DNA of 64,000 nt from the human T2T-CHM13v2.0 reference genome, Homo sapiens: the NCBI RefSeq assembly GCF_009914755.1, contig NC_060928.1. One strand, given 5' to 3'. A program made the translations under genes and the position numbers. Position 1 is the stretch's first letter. Each line of letters opens with the position of its first letter. Below are positions 45,479 through 57,149 of the stretch, piece after piece. The notes beneath the pieces were generated by a model that saw only the letters and a list, made by a program, of their open reading frames with translations, did no database searches and was not told the DNA's origin.

Positions 45479-45496
45479 TGGTACCAGGAGTGGTTC
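45479..45496 (+). other. Primer-binding site (tRNA-Leu type of HERV-L)
   Basis: TGGTACCAGGAGTGGTTC just after the 5' LTR. Confidence 0.75.
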
Positions 45497-45517
45497 TTGA
45501 GGAACAGAATATTAAGG

Positions 45518-45931
45518 ATGAAGTTCTTTAGTTGGTTTTGGGGTTTCTGGAGTTGGCTGCTTAATATGATTAGACCCAAAAATGCTAAGGGCCCTACTTC
45601 TAATAGTATGGAGAGCACTGATAGTTCTTGGTGTGAATTGTTTAGAGAGTTATGCAAGATAAATGCATTTGACACTCCTGAATCATCACTTGTGAGAGGT
45701 GAGGAGTTTAGTCTGTCTATCCACAATAGCTTTGATCATATGTGGAGAAACAAGGAATATAATGAAGCTGGTTGGTTGCTCCCAAGTTCAGTAGAGAAAG
45801 TGATAAAAGAAAATTATGAACTCAGGAATTCTATCTGCCGGCTTCAGAAGCAGATACTCAGCCTCAAATCTGTTAAGATTGCCCCGATTGTCTTTTATTT
45901 TATTTTATTATTATTATACTTTAAGTTTTAG
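45518..45931 (+). pseudogene. HERV-L gag N-terminal fragment, truncated by the L1 insertion
   Basis: GFWSWLLNMIRP..WCELFRELCKINAFDTP..LQKQILSLKS; reads into the L1 T-rich tail. Confidence 0.85.
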
Positions 45932-46893
45932 GGTACATGTGCACAATGTGCAGGTTAGTTACATATGTATACATGTGCCATGCTGCTGTGCTGCACCCAT
46001 TAACTCATCATTTAGCATTAGGTGTATCTCTTAATGCTATCCCTCCCCCCTCCCCCCACCCCACAACAGTCCCCAGAGTGTGATATTCCCCTTCCTGTGT
46101 CCATGTGTTCTCATTGTTCAATTCCCACCTATGAGTGAGAATATGCGGTGTTTGGTTTTTTGTCCTTGTGATAGTTTACTGAGAATGATGATTTCCAATT
46201 TCATCCATGTCCCTACAAAGGACATGAACTCATCATTTTTCATGGCTGCATAGTATTCCATGGTGTATATGTGCCACATTTTCTTAATCCAGTCTATCAT
46301 TGTTGGACATTTGGGTTGGTTCCAAGTCTTTGCTATTGTGAATAGTGCCGCAATAAATATACGTGTGCATGTGTCTTTATAGCAGCATGATTTATAGTCC
46401 TTTGGGTATATACCCGGTAATGGGATGGCTGGGTCAAATGGTATTTCTAGTTCTAGATCCCTGAGGAATCGCCAGGGAGCATTTTTTCATGTGTTTTTTG
46501 GCTGCATAAATGTCTTCTTTTGAGAAGTGTCTGTTCATGTCCTTCACCCAAAGTCTCCTTAAGCTGATAGGCAACTTCAGCAAAGTCTCAGGATACAAAA
46601 TCAATGTACAAAAATCACAAGCATTCTTATACATCAACAAAAGACAAACAGAGAGCCAAATCATGAGTGAACTCCCATTCACAATTGCTTCAAAGAGAAC
46701 AAAATACCTAGGAATCCAACTTACAAGGGATGTGAAGGACCTCTTCAAGGAGAACTACAAACCACTGCTCAATGAAATAAAAGAGGATACAAACAAATGG
46801 AAGAACATTCCATGCTCATGGGTAGGAAGAATTAATATCGTGAAAATGGCCATACTGCCCGAGGTAATTTATAGATTCAATGCCATCTCCATC
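45892..46893 (-). mobile_element. L1PA3-like, 5'-truncated and inverted (twin-primed), nested in HERV-L
   Basis: T-rich tail and 3' end on the minus strand (45892-46550; ACAGTCCCCAGAGTGTG, GGTTAGTTAC); plus-strand ORF2 piece 46547-46893; CCCA microhomology at the inversion; no TSD. Confidence 0.92.
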
Positions 46894-47959
46894 CATAAGG
46901 CCAACCAGAAGCAATTTGTCTTCAACTGGAAAGTCCAGCATTATACATTTTCTATCCTACCTCAGGGGTATATCAACTCTCCAGCTTTGTGTCATAATCT
47001 TATTCAGAGACAACTTGATCTCTTTTCACTTCTGCAAGATATCACATTGGTCCATTACACTGATGACATTATGCTGATTGGATCCAGTGAGTAAGAAGTA
47101 GAAAACACACTGGACTTATTGGTGAAACATTTGCATGCCAGAGGATGGGATATAAATCCAACTAAAATTCAGAGACCTTCTACCTCAGTAAAATTTCTAG
47201 TGGTCCAGTGGTGTGGGGCCTGTCAAGATATTCCTTCTAAGGTAAAAGATAAGTTGCTTCATTTGGCCCCTCCTACAACCAAGAAAGAGGCACAATGCCT
47301 AGTGGGCCTATTTGGATTTTGGAGGCAACACATTAGTCATTTGGGGGTGTTACTCTGGCCCATTTATCCAGTGACCCGAAAGCCTGCCAGTTTTGAGTGG
47401 GGTCCAGAACAGCAGAAGGCTCTGCAATAGGTCCAGGCTGCTGTGCAAGCTGCTCTGCCACTTGGGCCATATGATCGGCAGATTCAATGGTGCTTGAGAT
47501 ATAAGTGGCAGATAGGGATGCTGTTTGGAGCGTTTGGCAGTCTCCCATAAGTGAATCACAGTGGACGCCTCTAGGATTTTTGAGCGAGGCCCTGCCATCT
47601 TCTGTAGATAACTATTCTCCCTTTGAGAGACAGCTCTTTTTCTGTTACTGGGCTTTGGTGGAAACTGAAAGTTTGACTATGTGTCATAAAGTCACCATGT
47701 GACCTGAACTGCCTATCATGAACTGGGTGCTTTCTGACTCATCTAGCCATAAAGTGGGTCATGCGCAGCAGCATTCCATCATCAAATGGAAGTGGTATAT
47801 ACATGATCAGGCTCAAGCAGGTCCTGAAGGCATAAGCAAGTTACATGAGGAAGTGGCTCAAGTGCCCATGGCCTCCACTCTGCCTTCTCCCCCAGCCTGC
47901 ACCATGGCCTAATGGGGAATTTCTTATGATCAGTTGACAGATAAAGAGAAGACAAGATA

Positions 47960-48369
47960 TACCTTAGAAGGAATATCTTGACAGGCCCCACACCACTGGA
48001 CCACTAGAAATTTTACTGAGGTAGAAGGTCTCTGAATTTTAGTTGGATTTATATCCCATCCTCTGGCATGCAAATGTTTCACCAATAAGTCCAGTGTGTT
48101 TTCTACTTCTTACTCACTGGATCCAATCAGCATAATGTCATCAGTGTAATGGACCAATGTGATATCTTGCAGAAGTGAAAAGAGATCAAGTTGTCTCCGA
48201 ATAAGATTATGACACAAAGCTGGAGAGTTGATATACCCCTGAGGTAGGATAGAAAATGTACAATGCTGGACTTTCCAGTTGAAGACAAATTGCTTCTGGT
48301 TGGCCTTATGGATGGAGATAGCATTGAATCTATAAATTACCTCGGGCAGTATGGCCATTTTCACGATAT
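47960..48369 (-). repeat. 410-bp inverted duplication of 46835-47244
   Basis: Reverse-complement alignment by eye gives 3 mismatches in 410 bp; includes the L1/HERV-L junction. Confidence 0.96.
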
Positions 48370-49783
48370 GGCCTGGATCACAGATGGTTCTGCATGATAT
48401 GCAGGCACCACCTGAAAGTGGACAGCTGCAGCACTACAGCCCCTTTCTAGTACATCCCTGAAGGACACTAGTGAAGGAAAATCTTCCCAGTTGTCAGAAC
48501 TTCAAGCAGTGCACCAGGTTGTAAACTTTGCATGGAAAGAGAAATGGCCAGATGTGTGATTATATACTAATTAATGAGCCGTAGTCAATAGTTTAGCTGG
48601 ATGACCAGGAACTTGGAAGAAGCGTGATTAGAAAATTGGTGACAAAGAAATTTGGGAAAGAGGTATGTGGACGGACTTCTCTGAGTGGTCAAAAACTGTG
48701 AAGATATTTGTATCCCATGTGAGTGCTCACCAACAGGTTATGTGAGCAGAGGAGGATTTCAATAATCAAGTGGATAGGATGACACGTTCTGTGGACACCA
48801 CTCAGCCTCTTTCCCCAGCCACCCTTGTCATTGTCCAATGGGTCCATGAACGAAGTGGCCATGATTGCAGGGGTGGAGGTTACTCATGGGCTCAGCAACA
48901 TGGACTTCCACTCACCAAGGCTGACCTAGCTATGACCACTAATGAGTGCCCAATTTGCCAGCAGCAGAGCCCAACACTGAGCCCTCAGTATGGTACCATT
49001 CCTTGAGTTGATCAGCCAACTACCTGGCAGCAGGTTGATTATATTAGATTTCTTTAATCATGGAAAGGGCAGAGGTTTGTACTCACTGGAATAGACACTA
49101 TTCCTATGGGTTTGCCCATTCTGCACACAGTGCTTCTGCCAAGACTACCATCCACAGACTCACGGAATGCCTTATCCACATATTGGTACTCCATACAGAA
49201 TGGCCTCTGACCAAGGCACACACTTTACGCTAAAGAAGTGTGGCAGTGGGCTCTTGCTCATGGAATTCACTAGTCTTACCATGTTCCCCATCATCCTGAA
49301 GCAACTGGATTGATAGAATGGTGGGAGGGCCTTTTCAAGTCACAATTACAATGCCAACTAGGTGACAATACTTTCCAGGGCTGGGCCAATGTTCTCCAGA
49401 AGGCTGTGCATGCTCTCAATCAGCATCCAATATATGGCACTGTTTCTCCCATAGCCAGGATTCATGGGTCCTGGAATCAAGGGGTAGAAGTGGAAGTGGC
49501 ACCACTCACCATCACCCCAGTGATCCACTAGCAAAATTTGTGCTTCCTATTCCCATGACATTATGTTCTGCTGGCCTAGAGGTCTTAGTTCCAGAGGGAG
49601 AAACACTGCCACCAGGAGACATAACAAGATTCCATTAAACTGGAAGATAAGATGGCCACTTGGACACTTTGGGCTCCTCATTCCTTTAAGTCAACAGGCT
49701 AAGAAGGAATTACAGTGTTGGCTGTGGTGATTGACTTGGACTATCAAGTTGAAATCGGTCTATAACTCCACAACAGAGGTAAG

Positions 49784-50136
49784 TGTATTAGTCTGTTTTC
49801 ACACAGGTGATAAAGACATACCAGAGACTGAGAAGAAAAAGAGGTTTAATTGGACTTACAATTCCACATGGCTGAGAAGGCCTCAGAATCATGGCAGAAG
49901 GTGAAAAGCGCTTCTTACACATCGGTGGCAAGAGAAAATGAGGAAGAAGCACAAGCGGAAACCCCTGATAAACCCATCGTTTCTCGTGAGACTTGTTCAC
50001 TATCATGAGACTAGCACGGGAAAGACTGGTCCCCATGATTCAATTACCTCTCCCTAGATCCCTCCCATAACATGTGGAAATTCGGGACGTGCAATTCAAG
50101 TTGAGATTTAAATGGGGATGCAGACAAACAAGATCA
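49784..50136 (-). mobile_element. THE1A solo LTR nested in HERV-L dUTPase
   Basis: TGTATTAGTCTG...AGATCA; GCGGAAACCCCTGATAAACCCATC; TSD GTAAG at 49779-49783 and 50137-50141. Confidence 0.92.
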
Positions 50137-50763
50137 GTAAGAAAGAGTATTCATGGAATACAGGAGATCCATTAGGGCATCTCTTAGTATTACCATGCCC
50201 TGTGATTAAGGTTAATGGGAAACTACAACAGCCAAATCCAGGCAGGACTACAAATGACCTAGACCCTTCAGGAATGAAGGTTTGCATCACTCCACTAGGA
50301 AAAAACAAAAAACAAACAAAAGACAAAAAAAAACAACCATGGCCTGCTGAGGTGCTTGCTGAAGGCAAAGGGAATATGGAATGGGTAATAGAAGAGGTAG
50401 TCATTAATACCAGCTACAACCACCTGACCACTGCAGAAACAAGGATTGTAATTGTCATGAGTAGTTCCTCCTTCTTTTGTTAAATACATGTTTCTGCATG
50501 TATACACTTGTTCTAAGAAAATATCTTCATTTTATTTGCTTTCCCCTTTATCATGTGACATAAGATTTATTGACTTCACATCAGCATTTAAGTATTATTA
50601 ACTTTATGTAATAGTATTTGTGTTGGAGATTGGTGCATTTCCGATTGTATGAAGGATAGTTGTGTTATGGTAGGCATAATTATGACCTTATTATTGTCTT
50701 TGTTTTAAGATTATGTATGATCTCAGGAGATGTGTATGAGTTTGAGTTGACAAGGAGTAGACT

Positions 50764-51158
50764 TATGATCCTTAATACTGTGTGTCAACTTGATTGGATT
50801 GAAGTTTGCAGAGTATTGATCCTGGTGTGTCTGTGAGAGTGTTGCTAAAGGAGATTAACATTTGAGTCAGTGCACTGGGAAAGACAGACCCACCCTTAAT
50901 CTGGGTGTGCACAATCTAATCAGTTGCCAGAGCAGCTAGAATGTAAGCTAGAATATAAGAAGGCAGAAAATGTGAAAAGAGAGATTGGCCTAGCCTCCCA
51001 GCCTACATATTTCTCCCATGCTGGATGCTTCCTTCCCTCGAACATCAGACCCCAAGTTCTTCAGTTTTGGAAACCCGACTGACTCTCCTTGCTCCTTAGC
51101 CTGCAGATAGCGTGTTGTGGGACCTTTTGATCATGTGAGTTAATACTTAATAAACTCC

Positions 51159-51228
<70 letters not shown>

Positions 51229-51561
51229 TTTATTAAGTACATATATACACTTAATACATATATTATATTAATACAACACATATTTTATATATTATATATT
51301 AATATAATATATAATATTTTATATGTTATCTTATCTTATATTGATATATTATATATTATATTACTATATATGTATTATAATATTATATATAATACATGAT
51401 ATTAATATATTAATATATAATATTAATGTATATGTTGATATAATATAATGTATAACACATAATATATAAATATATTGTTATATATAATATACAATATATT
51501 ATTATATAGTATATATAATATATTAATATAATATATTACATATAATATATAGTTTATTAAA

Positions 51562-51595
<34 letters not shown>

Positions 51596-51639
51596 AAATC
51601 CCATTAATTTTGTCCCTCTACAGAACCCTGACTAATACA
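50764..51639 (+). promoter_or_regulatory. 3' LTR (MLT2A1-like) with expanded internal microsatellite
   Basis: Homologous to 44923-45473; preceded by purine tract AAGGAGTAGAC; ends CTGACTAATACA. Confidence 0.88.
51160..51598. repeat. (CT)n(AT)n(GT)n plus ~300 bp AT-rich low-complexity tract
   Basis: Directly visible. Confidence 0.92.
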
Positions 51640-51829
51640 GCAATTTCTCCTCCATGATTCTTTATAGAGTGAGGGGTGTCTTCCTGTTAATCCCATAGCA
51701 GCTCCAATTGCTAGAACCCAGTGAAATTTCGGGATACTTCTATAGAAACACTTGTAAAGCTACTGTGTTTTGTCAGGAAAGAATATTTTACCAGCAAGTA
51801 AGAAGGGCTTAGGAGTTCCATGAAGGTAA

Positions 51830-52640
51830 CTCTAAATCTACCAAGCAGGTCAGAATTGCTTGTCTTCCTTCCACAGCACCCTGCCCCTTTCCTTAGTGTC
51901 TGTTTCCATGAATGGTACCCTCATCTATTTGGTCTCCTAAGCCATTTCTTCCTTTGCTCTACTATCCAAATTCAGTTTTTCACCAAATCCTGTCTATTTC
52001 TACTCTTATTACATTTCAATTCTATTTCTTTCCTAATATTTACAATGCCTTAGCAGTCTGTTTATGTCTCATCACTGCACTACTACAAAAGCTTCCTACT
52101 TAATTCTCACACTAGGGTCTTAATCATTTTTAATTCCATAATAATATCACAAAATGTAAATTTTGTTATTTTATTCTCCTCCTTAAAGTTGTTACTGGTT
52201 CCTCAAAACTTTTAGGATGAATTATTAACATATAGACTAATATTTTAGCACATAGTTCTTTTTCTGACTACTGCTCCCTCCAAGGCTTCATATCATGTTG
52301 TTTCTCCAAATGCAATTAATACACTAGCCATATCAAATGTATTTCACCTCTATGGTTCTGAACACGTTAATCACCCTTTATAAAACATCTCTTCCTCACT
52401 CTCTTTCTTCTCCAATGCTTGTCTTTTAAGACTCAGCTCAATACTCCTCCAAAAATCATTTCTTGACCCAGAAATATAAATTAGGCACCCAGTTCTCCCA
52501 TGCATCCTTGGCATGCATTAGTCATAGAATTTGTCATATTCTCTTATAATTTTTATCTATATATTTTTTCAATGTCATTGAGTAACCTTCTTGAGAAAAA
52601 GAATGTTTTTTATATATATACTTTTTTATTAATGTAGAAT
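51830..52640 (+). mobile_element. L2 LINE fragment
   Basis: CT-rich L2-like sequence (TCACCAAATCCTGTCTATTTCTAC; TTTAAGACTCAGCTCAA). Confidence 0.55.
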
Positions 52641-52659
52641 TGATGAATTAATTCAGCTC

Positions 52660-55600
52660 ATTGCCATGAGAGAGTTTCTAGATCACAGTTAAGAAAAGGA
52701 GAATCAGGTAGAGTCCAGCAGAGTCCATGAGTTGAGGAGAGTTATGAGATTCCAGGTAAAACAAAGTGACTACAATTCAGAAGACAGAAAGCTGGTGAGG
52801 AGAGAACCGCAAACGCTGAAGATTGGCAGAGGCTCTCCATTGAATATTTTGCTGAATGCGATCAGCATGTGAATTTGAGAAAACTAAACAAAGCTGAGGA
52901 TTGGAGGAACACTCAAAGAAAGCAGTGCCTGATACTCACACAAGATTGGAAAATCTCATAATTGGACAGATTATATAAAAATATCTTATCTCTGTAGTGG
53001 AGAATAATTAGCCCTAAATTGAACACTGTTCCTATCCCACTTAAAATATCTTAGAGACCATACTAGAAAGATCAAACTATTTTTAAGTAGCTTAACTGCA
53101 TTCCAAAACAACGCTCAAGAATATTTATTGGAATACAAACATATTCTACATCTAAGAAGGTGAAATACAGAATGTCTAGCGCCTGCTAGACCGACATGCA
53201 AAATGCAGGAAAATGTAATACATAATGAGGAGAAAATAACTTCAAAATCAACCCAGAAGTGAAAACAAAATTCATGAATACCACAAATGGTGACTTAATG
53301 AGTAATATACAAGATTTTTTCTAAAGAATGCAGGAAAATGTAATACATAAAGAGGAGAAAATAAATCAATAAAAATGAACCCAGTAGTGAAAACAAAATT
53401 CATGAGAACCACAAATTGTGACTTAATGAGTAATATATAAGATTTTGTCTAGTTAATCTTTTACAAAGTTTATTAACTGTTTAAATGAAAATAATAGAAA
53501 TGCAGTCAGAGGCTTATAATTTACATAAAAGAAAAACATATTACAATAACAGCACAAAAGTTGGGAGGAGAGCAATGGAAATATGCATTTTTCATGTTCT
53601 TATATAGGCAAAGTAGTGTACGTTCACTAGTAGATAGTGATAACTTAAAGATATATACTATAAACTTAAATATATACTATAAATCTATAAGCAACCACTT
53701 GAATAATAAAAGGTAGAGTTACAGTAATAAGAAAACAGCAAATAAAATAAAATAATCATAAAAAATCAATTAATCCAAAGGCAGGCAGAAAAACAGGAGA
53801 AAGTTAAAGAAAAAGAACAGATGAGTCAAATGTACGTCAATAGCTGGATGATAAATTTAAACTAAACCATATCAAGAATCATGTAAACTATAAATGGTCT
53901 AAATATTCTCGATTAAAAGGCCGAGATATATTATATAACAAAGCAATACTCAATATATAGTCTACAAGAAATGTACTTCAAATATAAGGAAACAAACAAT
54001 CTGAAAGTAAATTGATTGAAAAAGAAAAAATATGCTAATACTAAGGAAAAGAGGGCTGCAGTGGCTATATTAATATAAAAATTAAATTTCAGAGTAAAGG
54101 GTAGCATTAGGGATAAAGGAAGTCATTTCATATTGATAAAGTGATAAAATTCTACCTGATAACAGCAGGAAACACTTTATAAACATTCACTGAACATTTA
54201 CCAAATCTACCATATTCTGCATCATAAACTCATCAACAGCATATAAGGATGATAAATGAATATGCATCCAAATAACAGAGCCTCAGAATATATTATATTA
54301 AACAAAAACTGTTCTAACTGCAATTAAAAATAGATAAGTCTAAAGCTTATCTATTTTATAATCAGATATCAATGCACCATATCAACATTCGATAAGGGAA
54401 GTCGACAGAAAATCAGTAAGTATATGGATGATGTCATCTACACTGCCAATAAGCCTGATGTAATTGACAATTGTGGAATATTCCACTAAACAAGAGCGGG
54501 ATACAAGTACTCACTAAACATTTATCAATATCCCTCATATTTTCCATCATAAAAGAAGTCTCAATAAATTCAAAAGATTCAAGTCATACAAATTATGTTT
54601 TCTGATCACTGGTAGAATAAATTAGAAATCAATAGCAGGAAAAATTCTTGAAAATCTTTAAATGTTTAGAAACTAAATAATATAAATAGAGTCATAGAAT
54701 GAATTTTAAAAAACAGAATGCATTCTTGAAGAAATGTAAATAAATTCATAATCTATCTGAAATTGTAGATTACTACTAAAAGAGTTATTGGGAGAAATAT
54801 ATACTAATAAAGGCCTATAAAGTAAGAAAGCTTAAATTAAAGACCTAGCATCTAGGAGAAAATGAAAAATTTTAAATCAAGCAAGTAGAAGAAAATAAAT
54901 AATAAAGGTTTAAGCAAATATTAATGAAATAGAAAAAAAATAGAGAAAAATCTATGAAACTAAAAACTTGTTCTTTGAGCAGATCAATAACAACTGACAA
55001 ATATCAGATCAGACTGAAATGGGTAAAAAAGAAGATAATATACTTACTAATATCAGAAATAATAGAAATAATATAATTGCTGCTTCTATATAGATTAAAA
55101 AGATAATAAGAAAATGAACCATTTTAGGCTAATAAATTCCATAACTTGGATGAAAAGAACAAACTCTTTGAAAGACAGGAAACCAAAAAAAGAAATAAAT
55201 TAATAGTCTAAATTAGTGCAATCAAATTATAGTTAAAAGCCTCTCAACAAAGAAAACTCTTGGCCAGGATGTCTTCATTTGTGAATTTTATGACATATTT
55301 AAGAAATAAATAATATTATTCTACACAAAGTTTTCTGGAAAACTGAAGAATTAGAAATATTTCCCAACTCATTTCATGAAGCCATCATTATACACATATA
55401 AACATAGAATGATATTGCAAGTAAAACTGCATATCAGTATCTCTCATGAAGGTAGATATAAAGATTCTGAATAAAATTTTGGCAGTTATAATCTAACATA
55501 TATAAAGGAGATAATCGTCACGAGCATGTGGGGATTATTCCATGAGGCAGAGTTTAACAATTAAAAATCAATCAATATAATTCACTGCAATAACAAAGGA

Positions 55601-56560
55601 CAGATATTAATATGAGCATTTGTCCAAATCTAGATTTTACTGATTTCTAATAAAATTTCCGTAAACTAGAAATATAGGGGAACTTCCTAAATTCCCTTAC
55701 GAAAAAAATCTCTACCACTAACTCCACATATAATGGTGAAAGAATATCTACAAAAACATCCCTACAGCTAACTCCATATATAATGGTGAAAGTCTGAATA
55801 TTTTCTGCTAATATAAATAGCAAGTCAGGGATATCCGCCCTCACTACTTCTATTTAGCTTTATGTTGGAGATCGTAGACAGTGAAATAAGAAAATAAGAT
55901 ATTTTAAGAGCATATAGATTAGAAAGAGAGGAGTAAAATTTTCTCTTATTTGTGGGCTAGATAATTGATTGTGCAGGAAATTTGATAGAAACTACAAGAT
56001 ATCCACTAGAACTAATGAGTTTAGTAACATTACAAGATACAAAAGTACAGAAATCAATTGTATTTTTAAATAATAACAAAGAACAATTGAAAATTCAGTA
56101 AAAACATAGTGTTTTCAGTAGCACCAATATCATGAAACACTCAAGGATAAATGTTATAATAGTTGTTATAGACATGGGTATGAAAATGAAAAAACATTGC
56201 TGAAAGATATTTTTAAAAGATCTAAATAAATGACGATACATAGCATGTTCATATGTCAGAAGATAAAATATTTTTAAGATATCAAGTGTGACCAGATCCA
56301 TCACCTCAAAATAATGCTATTTATATAAAATTCCAGAAAATGCAAAGGAATGTATTGTGATAGAAAATAAATCAGTTGTTCCCTTGGGCTAGGTGGGGGA
56401 AGAGGGAGGGGAAGGGTTGAAGGAAGAATTATGAAAAGACATGAGGAAACTTTGGGATGATTTCTGTGCCCATTATTCTGACTGTGGTGATGGATCAATG
56501 AACATAAATATATATATAATTTAGCAAAATGTAGAGTTTAAAATGCAAGGTTTATTTTAT
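52660..56560 (+). mobile_element. Old L1M (L1MC/M4-like) with internal deletions
   Basis: A-rich degenerate ORF2 (TTCTCTGATCAC..AAATTAGAAATCAATA; TTCCCAACTCATTTCATGAAGCCA) and 3'UTR. Confidence 0.7.
53202..53451. repeat. Tandem duplication, period ~125 bp
   Basis: AATGCAGGAAAATGTAATACATAA...GACTTAATGAGTAATATA starts at 53202 and 53327. Confidence 0.92.
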
Positions 56561-57149
56561 GTCTATGAAAGCACACACACACTTTTAATTCTGTTTTCTT
56601 TGAAAACATGTTCAGTTGATAGACACTATTAATTTCATGTTCACCTAAACTTTAAGGCTACGTAGATGTAATGAGAAATTAAGTAATTTTTCTAATTTTT
56701 ATGACAAAATCTACTTAAAAATCATTTATTTTAAACTAAGATGGGATCCTTCGAAATAAAACTACTTAAAATATCTCTCAAAAAAACCTGTATATTTTTA
56801 GTCCTCTCTGACCTTGAATCCACTCAACAGATCATCGAACAACTGTCTAAATTCAAAAGCCAAAATTCTTATTTTGGTTACTCTCATGTCATATATCCTC
56901 ACTCAGTAACTAATGTAAAAGTAAAGCAGCCCTGATGGCTTCTGTGGACCTCCTGAGCCTCTCCCAAGGATTTAGGTCCTCAGGGAATTAGCAATATTTC
57001 TTATGGGATTCAGTTTTATAACAAATGTTTAAAAATATACATATTTACATTGTATGGATGATAGGACTCAATGATTCCTCTTATTCTGTTTTCCTGGCTC
57101 TTCTTTTTTTCTGGTAGTTGGCATTATGGGAATCGCTCAGACATAGGCC

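Larger units (their letters stand above)
46894..50290 (+). pseudogene. HERV-L pol (RT, RNase H, integrase) and dUTPase remnants
   Basis: [31 protein letters not shown], integrase zinc finger VHERSGH..CPIC, NTGDPLGHLLVLPCPV; many stops. Confidence 0.9.
44923..51639 (+). mobile_element. HERV-L provirus with two MLT2A1-like LTRs, internally rearranged
   Basis: LTR-PBS-gag-pol-dUTPase-PPT-LTR order; recognisable HERV-L peptides. Confidence 0.93.

Noticed and set aside
55705-55795. ~50-bp tandem duplication in an old L1
   Set aside because: A common small slippage duplication with no further significance.
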